Shown piece by piece: positions 18,128-34,911 of a stretch of DNA of 64,000 nucleotides. Within the stretch, counting starts at the first letter, position 1, and every line of letters begins with the position of its first letter. Below the pieces are notes generated by a model. It was not told the origin of the DNA and made no database searches. It was given only the letters and a program-made list of their open reading frames with translations. The position numbers and the translations under genes are program-made. Source of the stretch: Blastocystis sp. Blastoise (lineage: Eukaryota; Protista; Bigyra: Opalinata); assembly GCA_039096225.1 (NCBI GenBank), contig JBBPEB010000026.1:248001-312000 (forward strand), in the 5' to 3' direction.

Positions 18128-19127
18128 ATATATAAAAATTAACCAGAATTATTGTATGTTTCATTTTTTAAAACAATTTATATTTATTTTCTCTCTCACA
18201 CTTTTAATTTTTGTGAATAAATATATATTTATTTTATTATTTACCTTTTTCTTTTGCTGATTAGTTTTTATAAAACTATGTTTATTTAACTTGAATTGTC
18301 TACATTTATATTATTATAAGTCCATCTTTGTTATATGTACTATATCACGAAGAATATCAAATTCTTCTGAATTCTTTATTCTTATCTCATTTGATTTTTC
18401 AATTTATTTATATATTTTGCTTATTATTCCTTTTGGTTTTGTTTCATGATTCAAACAGATATTCTTTATTCTTTAACAAGTATTTCAGTTCTTGTGTATT
18501 CACCTATTTTATAAATCAACATTTTCCTTTATCATTTTCTTTAATAGATAAATGTAATGCCCATTATTTTATTGTTTAAGAATTACATTAAGAAAAAGTC
18601 TTTGTCAACAAGAATAAATACAATAAACCAATCAAGAATTCTCTCTTGTCGATAGTGTTTTTACATAATTCAACAATTTTGGCATTTCAAATAAACGAAA
18701 CAAAGAAACTTCTGTTTTATTGGAGAGATCTTTATATGACACCTAATTCCCTTTTTCCCTAAAGAAATAATAAAGTAATTTTATATATATGGTGTATTTA
18801 ATTGGGTCTTTTAGTAATAGAATCAATTATATGGGTAATTAATATTCCTTTAAATTCTCTGTTTCCCCATAGTTTATGGGTTTCTAATTGAATTCTCGCC
18901 TTTTTTAGGTATCCATAATAAATATTATTTTACGATCATTTTTTTATTTATGACCCAATAATGAATTTATTTTAGGGAATATATTTTATAATAATCATAA
19001 AAAGAATAGAGTATGGGGCTTTGTTCTAGAATATATACCTTTTTCTTTATTGATCTGATGACACAGCATTACACAAAATAAGATCAGATATTAGACATTT
19101 TTTATTTTATTTATTATCATTAATAAA

Positions 19128-20357
19128 ATGGAAACTGCTGTTGAAAGAGTCGAAACTAAGTCTGGAAGTGAATTCAATAAATTTGTTCAAGCTCAACTTG
19201 ATGATATTGAAGCTTCTGGTACCTATAAACATGAACGTATCATTACTTCTAAGCAATTCTCTGAAATTGAAGTTGAAGGTACTGAAGGTAAGGTTCTTAA
19301 CTTCTGTGCTAACAACTATCTTGGTCTTGCTAATAGCCCCGTCTTAATTGATGCTGCTAAGAAGGCTCTTGATACTCATGGATTAGGTTTAGCCTCTGTC
19401 CGTTTCATCTGTGGTACTACTGATATCCATAAGGAACTTGAAGCTAAGATTGCTAAATTCCATGGTTTTGAAGATTGTATTCTTTATACTTCTTGTTTTG
19501 ATGCTAATGGAGGTTTCTTTGAATGTCTCTTCACTGCTGATGATGCCATTATTTCTGATGAACTCAACCATGCTTCTATTATTGATGGTATTCGTCTTTG
19601 TAAAGCTGCCAGACTCCGATATCACCATATGGATATGGCTGATCTTGAAGAACAATTAAAGGCTGCTCAAGATAAGAGACATAGAATCATTGTCACCGAT
19701 GGTATTTTCTCCATGGATGGTGATGTTGCTCCTCTTCCTCAAATTTGTGATTTAGCTGATAAATACAACGCTCTTGTTTGGATTGATGAATCTCACTCTG
19801 CTGGTCACTTTGGTCCTACTGGTCGTGGTACTCCTGAATTCACTCATACTCAAGGTAGAATTGATTTCTTAACTTCTACTCTTGGTAAGGCTATGGGAGG
19901 TGGTTCTGGTGGTTACACTTGTGCTTCTCATGAAGTTATTAATCTTCTTAGAAACAAATCTAGACCTTATCTTTTCTCTAATACTCTTCCTCCGGCTCTT
20001 GTTGGTGCTGGTATTGCTACCTTTGATATGCTTTCTAACTCTTCTGAACTTCCTGAAAAGATTGCTGCTAATACTAAGTATTTCCGTGATAGAATGACTG
20101 CTGCTGGTTTCAAACTTGCTGGTGATTATGCTTGTCCTATTGCTCCTATTATGCTTGGTGATGCTGCTCTTTCTGTAAAGTTCGCTGATGCTATGCTTAA
20201 GAAGGGTATTTATGTTATTGGTTTCAACTTCCCTGTTGTCCCCAAGGGTAAGGCCCGTATCCGAGTCCAAATTTCTGCTGCTCATACTAAGGAACATATT
20301 GATAGAGCTGTTGATGCTTTCATTGAAATTGGTAAGGAATTAGGTGTTATCGCTTAA
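19128..20357 (+). CDS. kbl: 2-amino-3-ketobutyrate CoA ligase (glycine C-acetyltransferase), single exon
   Basis: 409-aa ORF with LNFCANNYLGL, SVRFICGT, SDELNHASIIDG, DGIFSMDG, the PLP-lysine motif STLGKA, SRPYLFSN and PVVPKGKARIRVQISAAH. Confidence 0.96.
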   Translation: METAVERVETKSGSEFNKFVQAQLDDIEASGTYKHERIITSKQFSEIEVEGTEGKVLNFCANNYLGLANSPVLIDAAKKALDTHGLGLASVRFICGTTDIHKELEAKIAKFHGFEDCILYTSCFDANGGFFECLFTADDAIISDELNHASIIDGIRLCKAARLRYHHMDMADLEEQLKAAQDKRHRIIVTDGIFSMDGDVAPLPQICDLADKYNALVWIDESHSAGHFGPTGRGTPEFTHTQGRIDFLTSTLGKAMGGGSGGYTCASHEVINLLRNKSRPYLFSNTLPPALVGAGIATFDMLSNSSELPEKIAANTKYFRDRMTAAGFKLAGDYACPIAPIMLGDAALSVKFADAMLKKGIYVIGFNFPVVPKGKARIRVQISAAHTKEHIDRAVDAFIEIGKELGVIA

Positions 20358-20675
20358 ATAATTGAATAAACATTTTAATTTATTGCGAAAATGTTTTTTT
20401 CTATTTGCTGCTTTTAATTTTTCTTTTCTTCATGAATTGTTTTATAAATCTACAAAAAAATATATATATTTTGTTTTGTTTTGTTTTTATTTTTTTTCAG
20501 GAAATGTTTGTTGTTGTTTTATAAAATTTAGAAAAAAAAACTAAGGATCGTTAACTATAATAAATTAGAAGTGTTTTCTGTATTTTTAAATTAAAAAAAA
20601 ACTAATGATTGTTAACTAATAAAATAGTAAAGGATAAATAATATCAATGAAAATAATTATAAAGTAATAATAGAA

Positions 20676-24223
<3,548 letters not shown>

Positions 24224-25312
24224 GATCTTTTCAACTTCTTTTCTTTTCTATATAGTTATATATTAGCTGATTGTAAAGTTAACTCTTAATCTAATATATT
24301 CATACGAAATAAAAAAGAGCAAATGAAAATATTTAAAAATTCTTTGTATGAAGAAAAACTACAGAAAACTATTTGCTTTATCCTAGTGTCTTTTTATATT
24401 TGAAAATTTTTTTATTTAATCATGGTTGAAATTATAACATGACTGTCTCCTCTTTTAACAACACACTAATAAATAATATAAAAAATTGTAATCAATATGA
24501 CGGACATGATGTGTTTTTTAATGCTATTATTATTATTTAGTTTGGCCAAATTTATCTCACAAGACATACAAAGCATATCATTACAAAAAAAGTGATCTTT
24601 TGGACATAAAAAAATGTTTTTAACAAAATACATTTGACTCATTTCTTCATTATATTCCCATATTCCTTATCTCATAACTTCCAGTTCATCTAATATAATT
24701 AAAAATGAATTGAATGATAGTATATGTGAATAAACTCAGTGTTACTACATTCTCTATTTATAGGAAAAAGTATTTGGCTCATCATACAGTAACTAGCTTT
24801 ATATTGATCATCATTCTATTTGTGTGAAATGGAATAATATTCATTAAGAGTATTTAGAAAAAACAACAAATAACGAAAATATATTATAAATCTACTTTTC
24901 GTGCATGACAAGACACCAAATCCATTATTATTTAATCATTAAATTCATTTTTTATGAAGAAAACACAAGATATATAAAAATAATAGAATAGAGAAAGGGA
25001 AACTCAGATCTCAAAATGGCATTACAATCAATTTCATTTTTTTAAGAAGACTTTTTTAAGAAACATAAATTCGTGGGAATCGACACATTACTTCTGTTAT
25101 AAAGACCCATATATATGGGAAAGACCCTATTTTCTCTTTGATACTATCTTTCTACGAAGGAACTTTTCTTGATAATACGTAGTATATTTTTGAAGAGGAC
25201 GTATACAAGAAACTCAATAATGTTTTTCTTAAAACAAAAGAATAATTTATTTACCTTTTTTTGAGACGTTTACTTATTTTATTACATAAACAAATATCTA
25301 TAAAAAGGACTC

Positions 25313-28300
25313 ATGAGTGATAATGTATATAATTAATTCATATTTAATAATTTTTAAAGAGTAAATTGTATTATTCATTTGCTTCTTTATAGACCAGATA
25401 CTATCAATCAAGAGGATCAAACCCATTTGCCAATAAGGCTCCTTTGAAAACATTTCCAAATGCAAAAAACAATACATCTGCTACAAATATGTTTTATTGA
25501 TTAGCTATTTTTCATTTTAATCAAATATAGATACTCAGTCTAATGATCCAAAATACAATCTGAATCAAATTCCAAAATATCAGTCAAAGCCAACAGCTTT
25601 TAATCCACATAAATTAGAATGTAAGTATTTATTTGTGTCAATTATTTTATAAAACATATCTAGTATCCTAATTATAAAAAAATATATTTATTTATATTAT
25701 TCTATTCACTTTTTTGTATTTTTAGTACCATTTCAGCCTGTTTCAAATTCAGGTGCTCAAGCAATAGATCGTCCATTAGGTCCTCCTCCTACTCAATCTA
25801 TTCCTCAAGCACCTATGTCTACTCCTATGATTCGTAGACCTACTACTACTACTTCTTATATACCTTCTCATATTAAACAAATGAATATACAACCAACTCC
25901 TCCTCTTCCTTCTTCTCCTTCTTCTTCTTATGGAGCTCCTCCTTCATCTACTATTATAAATAAGAATACTATTCCACATGCACCAATGAGTGCAATTCCA
26001 TCAAAACATTCAAATCAAAGAAATTTAGTACAAGAATTAAAATTGGCAGGATCTTCAGCTACAACTACTACTCTTTCGGGGAATAGTATTCCACAACCCC
26101 CCTCTTCTGTTCCTCCTCCTCCTTCTTCTTCTAGAAATGCTATAAATCCATTATTACCAAATACAATTGCTTCTAGAACACCAACTAATGATAAGAAGGT
26201 AAATAGATATGATATGGTTATTGTAATAGTATTATTTATAGTATATTTAAATGAATAAATATATATATGATATTATTATAATAATATTGTATTTTTTATA
26301 TTATTTTATTATATATATAGATTCATCAATATATTCCTACATCTGTATTAAAGAGTAATACTACTGTTCCTCCTCCTCCTCCTACTACTATTAATAATAA
26401 TACTATGAATAATATTAATAGTAATAATAATACTTCTATTCCTCCAACAACAACATCTATGTTACGTTCTAAATCTATACAATCATATACTCCTTATCCT
26501 ATCACTCCTAATACTACTACTAATATTAATAATAATAATAATACTATTCTTCCTCCTCCTCCTTCTTCTTCTCAACCACAAATAACCGCGGAACAATTAT
26601 TTAATACTCCTATAATGTCACCACGATCAAATTCTATGTCTTCTCATCCAAGTACTCCCCGCGGGAATGGACTACTTCCAACGCCATTATCACCTCATTC
26701 CCATAATTCTGCATTATCAACTCCTGTATCCACGATTTCTTCAATACAAAATATATCTCCATCAACACCTATTAATAATAATATTAATAATAATAATTCT
26801 ATGAATAATAATATAAATACGAATTCTCAATATGCAGATGCTGAAGACTTCTTTTCAAGTCGATCTATGTCTATTGGCTCAATTCAATCAACACAAATTG
26901 AGAATAATAATATGAATAATAATATGAATAATATGAATAATAATATGAATAATAATATGAATAATAATATGAATAATAATATGAATAATAATATAATCTC
27001 ATCTGTTGAGGATACTGAAGTTATTCCTTCTTCTTCTTCTTCTCAAAATATTAATACGAAACAAATAGATTCATCTGCTTCTATAGAAAATTCTATTAGT
27101 GATATGTCACATGATAATTATAACTCTCAACTAAATAATAATAATAATAATACTTCTATTCCTCCTCCTCCTCCTGCTACTACTACTACTACTACTTCTA
27201 CTACTACTTCTACTACTCTGCCTCATCTTGTTGTTTCTCATGAAAACCTTCCTCCTTCATTGTCTCTTCTTCATGACGCGTCAAGTCAGTTACCGTTACC
27301 CTCTCCTACACACGTGCCTAAACCAGCTCCATCTATTTCTCATATGCATTCTTATAAACGTAGATATATGAATATTAATAATAATAATAATAATAATAAT
27401 AGTGAAATAGAGACTTCTTCTATTACATCTACTCATACTTCTAATATAGATAATTCTTTAAATACTATTAATAAATCTATGAATATATCGAATATTCTTA
27501 ATAAGAATGATATTGATAAACAACAAATGGAGAATCATTTTTTAAATCATCCTAATAATCTTAATGAATCACCTATACAAACAATATCTAAATCAAATAC
27601 GACTTTCTCCTTTGCGAATTCGATCGAACATTCTATTGCTGAAACACCTCTTGAAACTGTATCTCCTTTAAGTAATAGTATTCCAGAACCTGCTTTATAT
27701 CCTGATTCCTGTACAATGATACCATCTCCATTAGCTCTTAATACACCACGTAATATATATGATAATAATAATTCTACTTCATCATTCTCACCTGATTGCC
27801 ATAATGATAATGAAAGTGATAATAATAATATTAATAATAATATTAATAATAATAATAATAATAATAATAGTGGTAATAATATGATTAATGATAATGATAA
27901 TAATAATAATACTAATGAAGAGAATATGATTTCTAAGGAGACAATAAATGATATTCAAAATCATACGAATGAAGAAAACAAGGAAATGAAAGAGAATTCT
28001 ATTCAAGATATACATAAAATAGAACCTACTGTTACTACTATTCTTCCTCCTCCTCCTACTACTATTAATACTACTAATGATGATACTATTCCTAAGACTA
28101 TTAATACGGATATAGATGATATTGGAACCAATAATAATAAAATAAATACAATAATGACTCCTCCTCCTCCAATGAAAAGTAATAGTGTTCCTTTGGAAGA
28201 AGAAGTAATAAATGATGAAACTGAAACACAAACACATTCTTTAAGCAATAATAATCCTATTACTACTACTACTCCTCCTCCTACATCTACTACTACTACT

Positions 28301-30534
28301 CCTCCTCCTCCTACTAGTACTACTATTGCTCCTCCTCCTTCTTCTCTTTATACACCATTACCTGTACCAGCTCTTTTAAATAAAAATAAACGTGGGAATC
28401 CTGGATCTCCTCGTTTTAAGGTATATAAACCTACGTATGTGGTACCTGCTCCAGTATCATCTTCTGTAAGTGATATATCTAATAATAAGAATAATAATAT
28501 TACTACTAATGTTACTAATGATACTATTAATACAAATACTAATACAACTACTATTACTAATGCTACTAATGATAGTATTAATACAAATACTATTACTACT
28601 GCTAATTCTAAGGATATTAATCAGTCTGTAATTGATTCTTCTTCTAGTATATCTGAAAAAACACAATTTGGAGAACAACCAATGATATCTACTATTCCTC
28701 CAACTGTTAATAATACTGTTTCTAAACCATTAGTTGTAACTCCTACTCCTATAGCTTTTATACCTAATAATAATAATAATAGTAATAATAATAGTGATAG
28801 TAATAATAATAGTAATAATAATAATAGTAATAATAATAGTAATAGTAATAAACCTACTCCTTTGCCTTTTATGCCTAAAACGATGGTTGTAAATAGTACT
28901 ACTAGTAATAATACTACTGATAATAATACTACTACTACTGATAATAATAATAATAATACTACTACAACTGCTTTTACTCCTGTTGCTGCTACTACTAATA
29001 ACAATACTATTACTTCTACTCCTCTTCCATTCATGCCTGCAGTAGTTACTCCTACTTCTACTACTACTATTAATCCTTCTAATAATAATACTCCTGCTAT
29101 ACCTACTCCTACTACTAGTATTCCTGCTGTAACACCTATTATGCCAACTCCATTCCTTCCTATAGGAAATACTACTGCCACAACTACTATAAATAATAAT
29201 AATAATAATCAAAATACTCCTATTTCTACTATTCCTTCTATAAATAAACCTAATAATAGATTTACAAATAAACCCAAACCATTTATTCCTCCTACAGCTA
29301 CTCTTTCTATTCCTAATAAAATTAATAATACTATCTCTACTAATAATAATATGAATATTACTAGTAATACTATAAATACTACAAAACCTAATGTATTTAT
29401 GCCACAAGTACTTCCTTTTGGTAATAATACAAATAATGCTATTAATAATAATAATATTGAATATGAAGAACATCAACAAATTAAACCTATTGCACAATTT
29501 GGATTTGGCGGGAAAATAGTTATAGTTAAACCTATATATAGTCCTTCTCATGCTCTTACCGGAAAACCATTCTTACCTGGTCAACCTTCTATGTATATAT
29601 TTATAATAATTATTATAGTTATATTATTATTATAGTTATTGTTATTGTTATAGTTATTATTATAGTTATTATAGTTATTATTATAGTTATTATTATTATT
29701 AATATTATTATACTTATTATTATTAATATTATTATACTTATTATTATTATATTATTATACTCTATATATATAGAATGAATGTACATGATTTGATTGAAAA
29801 ATCTTATTTTTCGTCTCTTGTCACTAGTTATCCTGGACCTCTTATTAACCGCGGGAAAAAGTCAGATGTCAAGTCATTTATTGGAACTATGATGAAACAT
29901 AATGGTATATATATATGATTTTATTATTATTATTATAGTTATTATTATAGTTATTATTATATATATATTATACTTATATATATATATTCTACAGAAACAA
30001 CAAATAATGGCTGGTACGGTCTTTGGAGTTTATTGGATATTATGATTGACGCTAATGGCGTCATTGATAAAGATAGAACTGATGCTACAACTTCCAAGCT
30101 AGTTTCTCTTCTTTTATCTCTCTCTGATTCTACTCTAGATATACCGCCATATGACCCGCCAAATTACCCGCCAAATGATACTATTATTTCTGCTCTTATT
30201 GATACACAAAGAATGATTTTAGAAGGACATGTATATATATATATATAATATTAATAATTATATTAACTTGAATTTTTCTTTATTATGATATATATATATA
30301 TTAATAGTTATATTTATGTATATATTATATATATATCTATTATTCCATCTTTCTAAAGCATACAGATGCCGTCAACCTCTGTATTCAGCATAATTTATGG
30401 TCCTATGCGTTAGTATATAGTCAACTAGGAGATCATGATCTATATATAAATACATTATTATCTTTTATTCAAACTAGCTTCCCTTCTGAAAATACTATGA
30501 GTATACTACTTCCTATCCTTCTTAATAGTGATAC

Positions 30535-30577
<43 letters not shown>

Positions 30578-33308
30578 TCTACTATACAATAATTTATATA
30601 TAATTTATATTTATATATTATTATTAATTTCTATTATATTATTTATTAATATTATATAGATCACTTCCAAAACATTGTGTTCCTATATGGGGTCGTTTAT
30701 TGGCTGGATTATTAACGTATGTGAATACGGAAAGAGGGAAAAGCCTCGTCATCGAATTAGGTAACATTTTATTGGAGAATAAACACGTTCCAGAAGCACA
30801 TATATGCTATATTGTATATATATACTATTATATATTATATATATTATTATATGATATACTATTATATACTAGTATATTATATTATATTATTATATATATA
30901 TATAGTTAGGAGGAATAGAATTACAATCTTATACACAAAGTAGTAATTTCTGTTTACTTGGAACACAATTCGGAACTGGCTCCAAGCCTATAAATGAAGA
31001 ATCGCAATGGGCAACTGAAATATATGAATATATATTAACATTAAATAATCCATTATATATATCAAAATCACTTCTTCCTCATAAATTATTATATACAATG
31101 AAATTAATTGACTGGGGATATATTCAACTTGCTTATACATATATTAATTATATATATAATTATTATAATGATTATTATTATCATATTTATTATAATTTTA
31201 TTATATTGCTTGTTTTTATTATAATATTTATTGTTGAATCTTTATTATATTTATTATAATATGCTTTATATTAGAAATAACTTTATTTTATCTATAGATA
31301 TATTGAGAATATTCGAAAGATATTAAAGAATACAAGTAATAATCAAGCGACAGGGTTTATGAAGCAATTAACTGGACTTGAAACAAGACTCAATATTGCT
31401 ATTAAAGGACAAGAGTATATATATATGTATATAGTTTTATACTTATTATACTTTTTAGTATTCTAGACTCATTGTTATATATATATATATATTATTTTAT
31501 ACTTATTATACTTATTATCTATATATACATAGTTCAACTTCTTCTTCTCCTATGGATACTACAGTTCCCGCCAGTTCTTCCCGCTCTTTCTTTTCTTCTG
31601 TGTTTTCAACTATTGATAATGGTATTCAATCACTTGTTACGTCGGCTACAAAAGATGAACAATCACCTTGTATATAATAATAATAATATGTTTAATAATA
31701 ATAATAATATTTTATAATAATAATATATGTAATAATAGTATATTTAATAATAATATATATAATAATAATAATATTATATATACTTTATATATTATAGTAT
31801 CTGATACACCTACTCCCGCGGTTATGACTCCTGCTCTTTCTGCTCCTTCTACTTTAGTTACTCCTGTAAATAGTATTTCTGCTCCTAATACATTATATAC
31901 TAATAATAATATGAATATGAATAATATGAATATGAATAATAATATGAATAATAATATGAATATGAATAATATGAATATGAATATGAATATGAATATGAAT
32001 ACTATGAATATGAATATGAATAATATGAATATGAATAATATGAATAATGTGAATAATATGAATATAAATAATATAAATAATATGAATATGAATATGAATA
32101 TGAATATGAATTCTGTTGTGAGTAATACTAATAATACAGTTATAAATAATAATAATAATGCTAATCCACCTCTTCCTCTTCCTCTTCCTCTTCCTCTTCC
32201 TACCACTAAAAATCATCATTTCCCCACGGTTATGCAATCTCCTATTCAATCTACTAATCCTATTGGTCAGCAAAAAGATACTATTCCAGGAACACAATCC
32301 CCATCTGTCCAATCATTACCCACACCTGTTCCTGCACCCCTCTCTCCTAAATCAAGTAATTTCAAACGATATCAACCATCAACATCACATAGAGGATCTA
32401 CTGCGTATCGTCCCGCTCCTTTCCATCCCTCTTATTCAACCAATAGTATTCCTTCGCTACAAAACACAAATATTATGAATACAGAGAATAATTCTATTAA
32501 TAATAATGTTAATAATAATAATAATAATAATAATAGTACTAATATACCTCCTTCTTCATTCTCTTCTTCTCCTATTCCTTCTTCTCATGATAATAATTCT
32601 ATTAATAATAATAATAATAATAATAATAATGCTATAGATTCTATACCTTTGCCTAAATCTGATGAATCCCCGCGGGGAGTTCAGTTTATGTCTGTTCCTT
32701 CATCGTTAATACGTCAAAATATACCACTTACGGATAATAATAATAATGATAATGATAATATTAATAATACTAATAATAATGCTTCTACTACTACTACTAC
32801 TACTAATAATAATAATAATAATAATAATACTAGTAATAGTGAAACTACTGACAATAATAATAATAATGATAAGAATATTCAATCTTCTATTGCTACAAAT
32901 GGTCCTGCTTCTACAAAGAAACATCGACGTAAATATGATTTTGATGATGATGATGATTATGTTCCAAAGAGTAAACTGTCTCCATCAACAGGAAAGACTA
33001 ATGATAATAATAATAAAGATGATAATAAAGATAATAATAAAGATATTAATAAAGAAAAACAAAAAGAAGAAACAGAATCAAAGAAAGAAACAGAAACAGA
33101 AGAGAGTATATATATATTATTGTTTAAAATAGATACTATACTATAATTATGATTCTATAATTTTTATAGAGTCTATTTATTTATGATATATTATTATTGT
33201 TTATATCTCAATGAATATTATTATTATTATTATAATTATTATTATTTATATCTCAATGAATATATAAAAATTATTGTTATTTATATCTCTATAATATAAT
33301 AATAATTT

Positions 33309-33353
<45 letters not shown>

Positions 33354-34115
33354 TTCTCATTCTTGGTTTTCTCTTCGTTCCTTTTTCAGTCGTCCAAAGC
33401 CTGCTACTACTGTATATCATGTTGAATTACCAAAAGAAGAAGCTAAACCCTATTATGATGAACAAAAAGGAATGTGGATATTCCCAGGGGAAAATAATAA
33501 TACTTCTGATTCCATTCCCGCGGGACCACCTCCAGATACAGCCATTCAAAATGCAGTTATTTCTGATGATGATGGTATATATTATTATATTTTATTATTA
33601 ATATATATATATATTATTATTAATATATATATATATATTATTATTATTATTATATATATATAGAATTCTCTACTCCTCCTACTTCTTCTGTCACTCCTTT
33701 AATGCCATCTGTTACTCCATTCTCTCCTACTACTAATGCTAATACTACTACTACTAATAATAATACTAGTAATAATAACACATCGTTACCTCCAAACCCC
33801 TCAATCCCTCAGGATCCCTCACAACCACCAGCTGAATTCATGTCACTCTCTCCGTCATCCACATCTCCAATAACTCCGTCAGTAACTCCACCTCCTTCTG
33901 CATCACCTGCTTCAACTCCAAGAACTGGTATATATATATATATATATATATAATATTCTTCTTCTTTTTCTATTACTTATTGTTATTAGAATACTTCTTG
34001 TTATAATTATACTTATTATTTTATATATATAGGTGCTCCTCGTTCAAAATATTCTGCATTAAATAACAAGAAAAAGAAGGGTCCCGTGAATATGTATGTA
34101 AATACATTCGCTTAA
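25313..34115 (+). CDS. SEC16: COPII scaffold Sec16, multi-exon, with very long disordered N/P/T-rich regions
   Basis: Central conserved domain motifs PIAQFGFGGK, YPGPL, LWSLLDIMIDANG, NLWSYAL, EAHICY, LLG and TEIYEY..LPHKLLYTMKLIDWG. C-terminal SWFS..F and YYDEQKGMW, ending YVNTFA* (TAA at 34113-34115). The start exon is tentative. Confidence 0.88.
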
Positions 34116-34911
34116 ATATATATACACATATATATACATATTTTAGTATCATAGATATATATAATATAAATACATTAAAAATGTGTTTTTATTTTCTTTT
34201 AACTCTAGTTATTTTTGTATTTTTTTTTTCTTTTCTATAAATTCTAATTGATTTATGTTGTGCAATCATTTATTATTTTTCGACGTTATAACTATATAAT
34301 ATATATATATCAAAGTTTATTTTAATAACAGCAAGAATTATTTTTATATTTATTATTTTATTCTTTTTGAAAAAAAAATTGTTGCTACTTTTTTCTAGTG
34401 TTTATAAATACTTTTTCTTTTCAAGTATTATTTAGTATTTTTTTATACATAAATTTGTTGTTTTGCTTTTTCATTTTTAAACTTAATATCTACTCAAATA
34501 ACATTCTTAAGTTTTTATGAAATAACTCTATTAATAATAGTCACTAAAAATAGTTACCTGTTTTCAATAGCTACCAATATAAATATTTAATTTCTTTACT
34601 TATTCTACTATTATAAATATAGTTATAAAGAAAATAAGTTTTTTAAGGATAGTGATTTATATCTATTAACAACTAACAAAATAAATATTTACTATTTCTC
34701 TATCTTTGTAAGGTAATATTCGTACTATGTGGCATTTTTGACCTTTTAGAACATATGATTGGCAAGATAAACTATTCTATCCAATCAATTTACTTAAAAC
34801 ATCAAAATGCCTAATCGTGGATGTTTATATTGAGAGAAATAGTGTTAATAAAAAATTGTGAATAAATATGAATAAAAAATAACAGTTAATAAAATATTAT
34901 AAATAAATAGT

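Noticed and set aside
20505-20512. TGTTTGTT, the Blastocystis polyadenylation-associated motif linked to stop-codon creation, downstream of KBL
   Set aside because: KBL and the other complete genes have genomic stop codons. The other copies I saw (about 58148 at an intron start, and 47039 on the minus strand upstream of a gene) are not at 3' ends, so there is no support for poly(A)-created stops here.
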